From Candidatus Aldehydirespiratoraceae bacterium (lineage in GTDB: Bacteria; Actinomycetota; Acidimicrobiia; Acidimicrobiales; Aldehydirespiratoraceae): 64,000 nt of DNA. Below the pieces are notes generated by a model. That model had not been told where the DNA came from and did no database searches. It saw nothing but the letters and a program-made list of their open reading frames with translations. This document shows, one piece after another, positions 63,388-64,000 of the stretch. The translations under genes were made by a program, and so were the position numbers. Numbering within the stretch: the first letter of the stretch is position 1; every line of letters begins with the position of its first letter. The stretch lies in contig OZ243951.1 of the NCBI GenBank assembly GCA_965214565.1, positions 1,017 through 65,016 of the forward strand. Reading direction: 5' to 3'.

Positions 63388-64000
63388 TCATTTGTCCTCT
63401 TCGTACTCAAAACTAAACTCTCCGATGCGGACCTCGTCGCCAGTTTTCAGTCCGGCCCGCGCCAACGCCGTGTTGACCCCGAGCTGCTGCAGCCGTTCGG
63501 TCGCAAATGCCAGCGCCTGGTCGTCAGTCAGATCACTGAGCGCGACCGCACGCCGGGCGGCACGACCAAGCACCTCCCACGACCCGTCGTCATGACGCCG
63601 AAGCTGAATCTCCGCCGACACCGGACGATGGATCACCGACGAGACCGACTCGGCCTGCTGCTCGCGGCTCTCGCCGACCAGTCGCACCAACTCCCCGATC
63701 AACTCGCCGATCCCCTCACCCGTGACCGAGGAGACCGCCCCGCCCTCGAAGGAGTGCCCCGGAGCCATGTCGGCGCGGCTCCCGACCACCAGACGCGGCC
63801 GGTCCAACAGGTCAGCCTCATAGGAGCCGAGTTCGTTGAGCAGCACCTGCAACTGCTCGTGCGGCGCAACGCCGTCCCACGGCGCCAGATCAAGCAGCAC
63901 CAGCAGCACCTGCGCCCGCTCGACATGGCGGAGGAACTGGTGCCCCAGGCCCCTGCCCCGGCTCGCACCTTCGATCAACCCCGGGATGTCGGCCACGACC
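63388..64000 (-). CDS. obg: GTPase Obg/CgtA (C-terminal part; the gene continues beyond the window)
   Basis: ADIPGLIEGASRGRGLGHQFLRHVER (switch region), the G4/G5 region, and a C-terminal OCT-like domain ending EFSFEYEEDK. Confidence 0.92.
   Translation of the reverse strand, partial: VVADIPGLIEGASRGRGLGHQFLRHVERAQVLLVLLDLAPWDGVAPHEQLQVLLNELGSYEADLLDRPRLVVGSRADMAPGHSFEGGAVSSVTGEGIGELIGELVRLVGESREQQAESVSSVIHRPVSAEIQLRRHDDGSWEVLGRAARRAVALSDLTDDQALAFATERLQQLGVNTALARAGLKTGDEVRIGEFSFEYEEDK

Noticed and set aside
63361-63397. An apparent direct repeat ttgg(t/c)gctcat(g/t)tgtc at the obg/proB junction.
   Set aside because: It is short and imperfect (about 14 of 17) and is explained by two similar start/stop contexts. 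I see no evidence of function.

Overview
High-GC, densely coding actinobacterial-type chromosome segment. The protein signatures look Actinomycetota/Acidimicrobiia-like, but no taxon can be verified here. All calls rest on reading the supplied ORF translations and the DNA by eye; no searches or computations were run. The backbone is a conserved housekeeping string: obg-proB ... proA ... nadD-(LytR_C)-rsfS ... comEA-comEC-holA / rpsT / lepA ... hrcA-dnaJ ... der. From memory this is the same relative order as M. tuberculosis Rv2440c to Rv2373c. Several accessory blocks interrupt it. (1) A single 14.66-kb ORF (7848-22508, minus strand) encodes a 4,886-aa secreted Calx-beta/beta-sandwich repeat protein. 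It sits between lepA and hrcA and has a 16-nt homopolymeric G tract in its first codons. It also carries four roughly 1.1-1.4 kb paralogous internal modules with an endostatin/DUF1554-like motif order, three exact-period 315-bp tandem repeats, and a unique Cys/Trp-rich segment. (2) A six-gene minus-strand catabolic operon (41424-50836) encodes a class-III aminotransferase, an MttB-family methyltransferase, a DMGDH-like FAD/GcvT enzyme, an aldehyde dehydrogenase, a SelA-like PLP enzyme and a DUF4392 protein. Both of its larger intergenic gaps contain short gene relics. (3) An alpha-galactoside cluster comprises melA, three ABC transporter genes (binding protein and two permeases), lacI, galK and an msiK-like ATPase, with clear palindromic operators. 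(4) A MoxR/VWA pair is bracketed by copies of a short direct repeat. (5) A membrane pseudokinase is translationally coupled to a LysM protein. (6) A truncated BldD-like regulator is coupled to dnaJ. One tRNA-Ala(GGC) is present. I saw no rRNA, CRISPR array, transposase or integrase.
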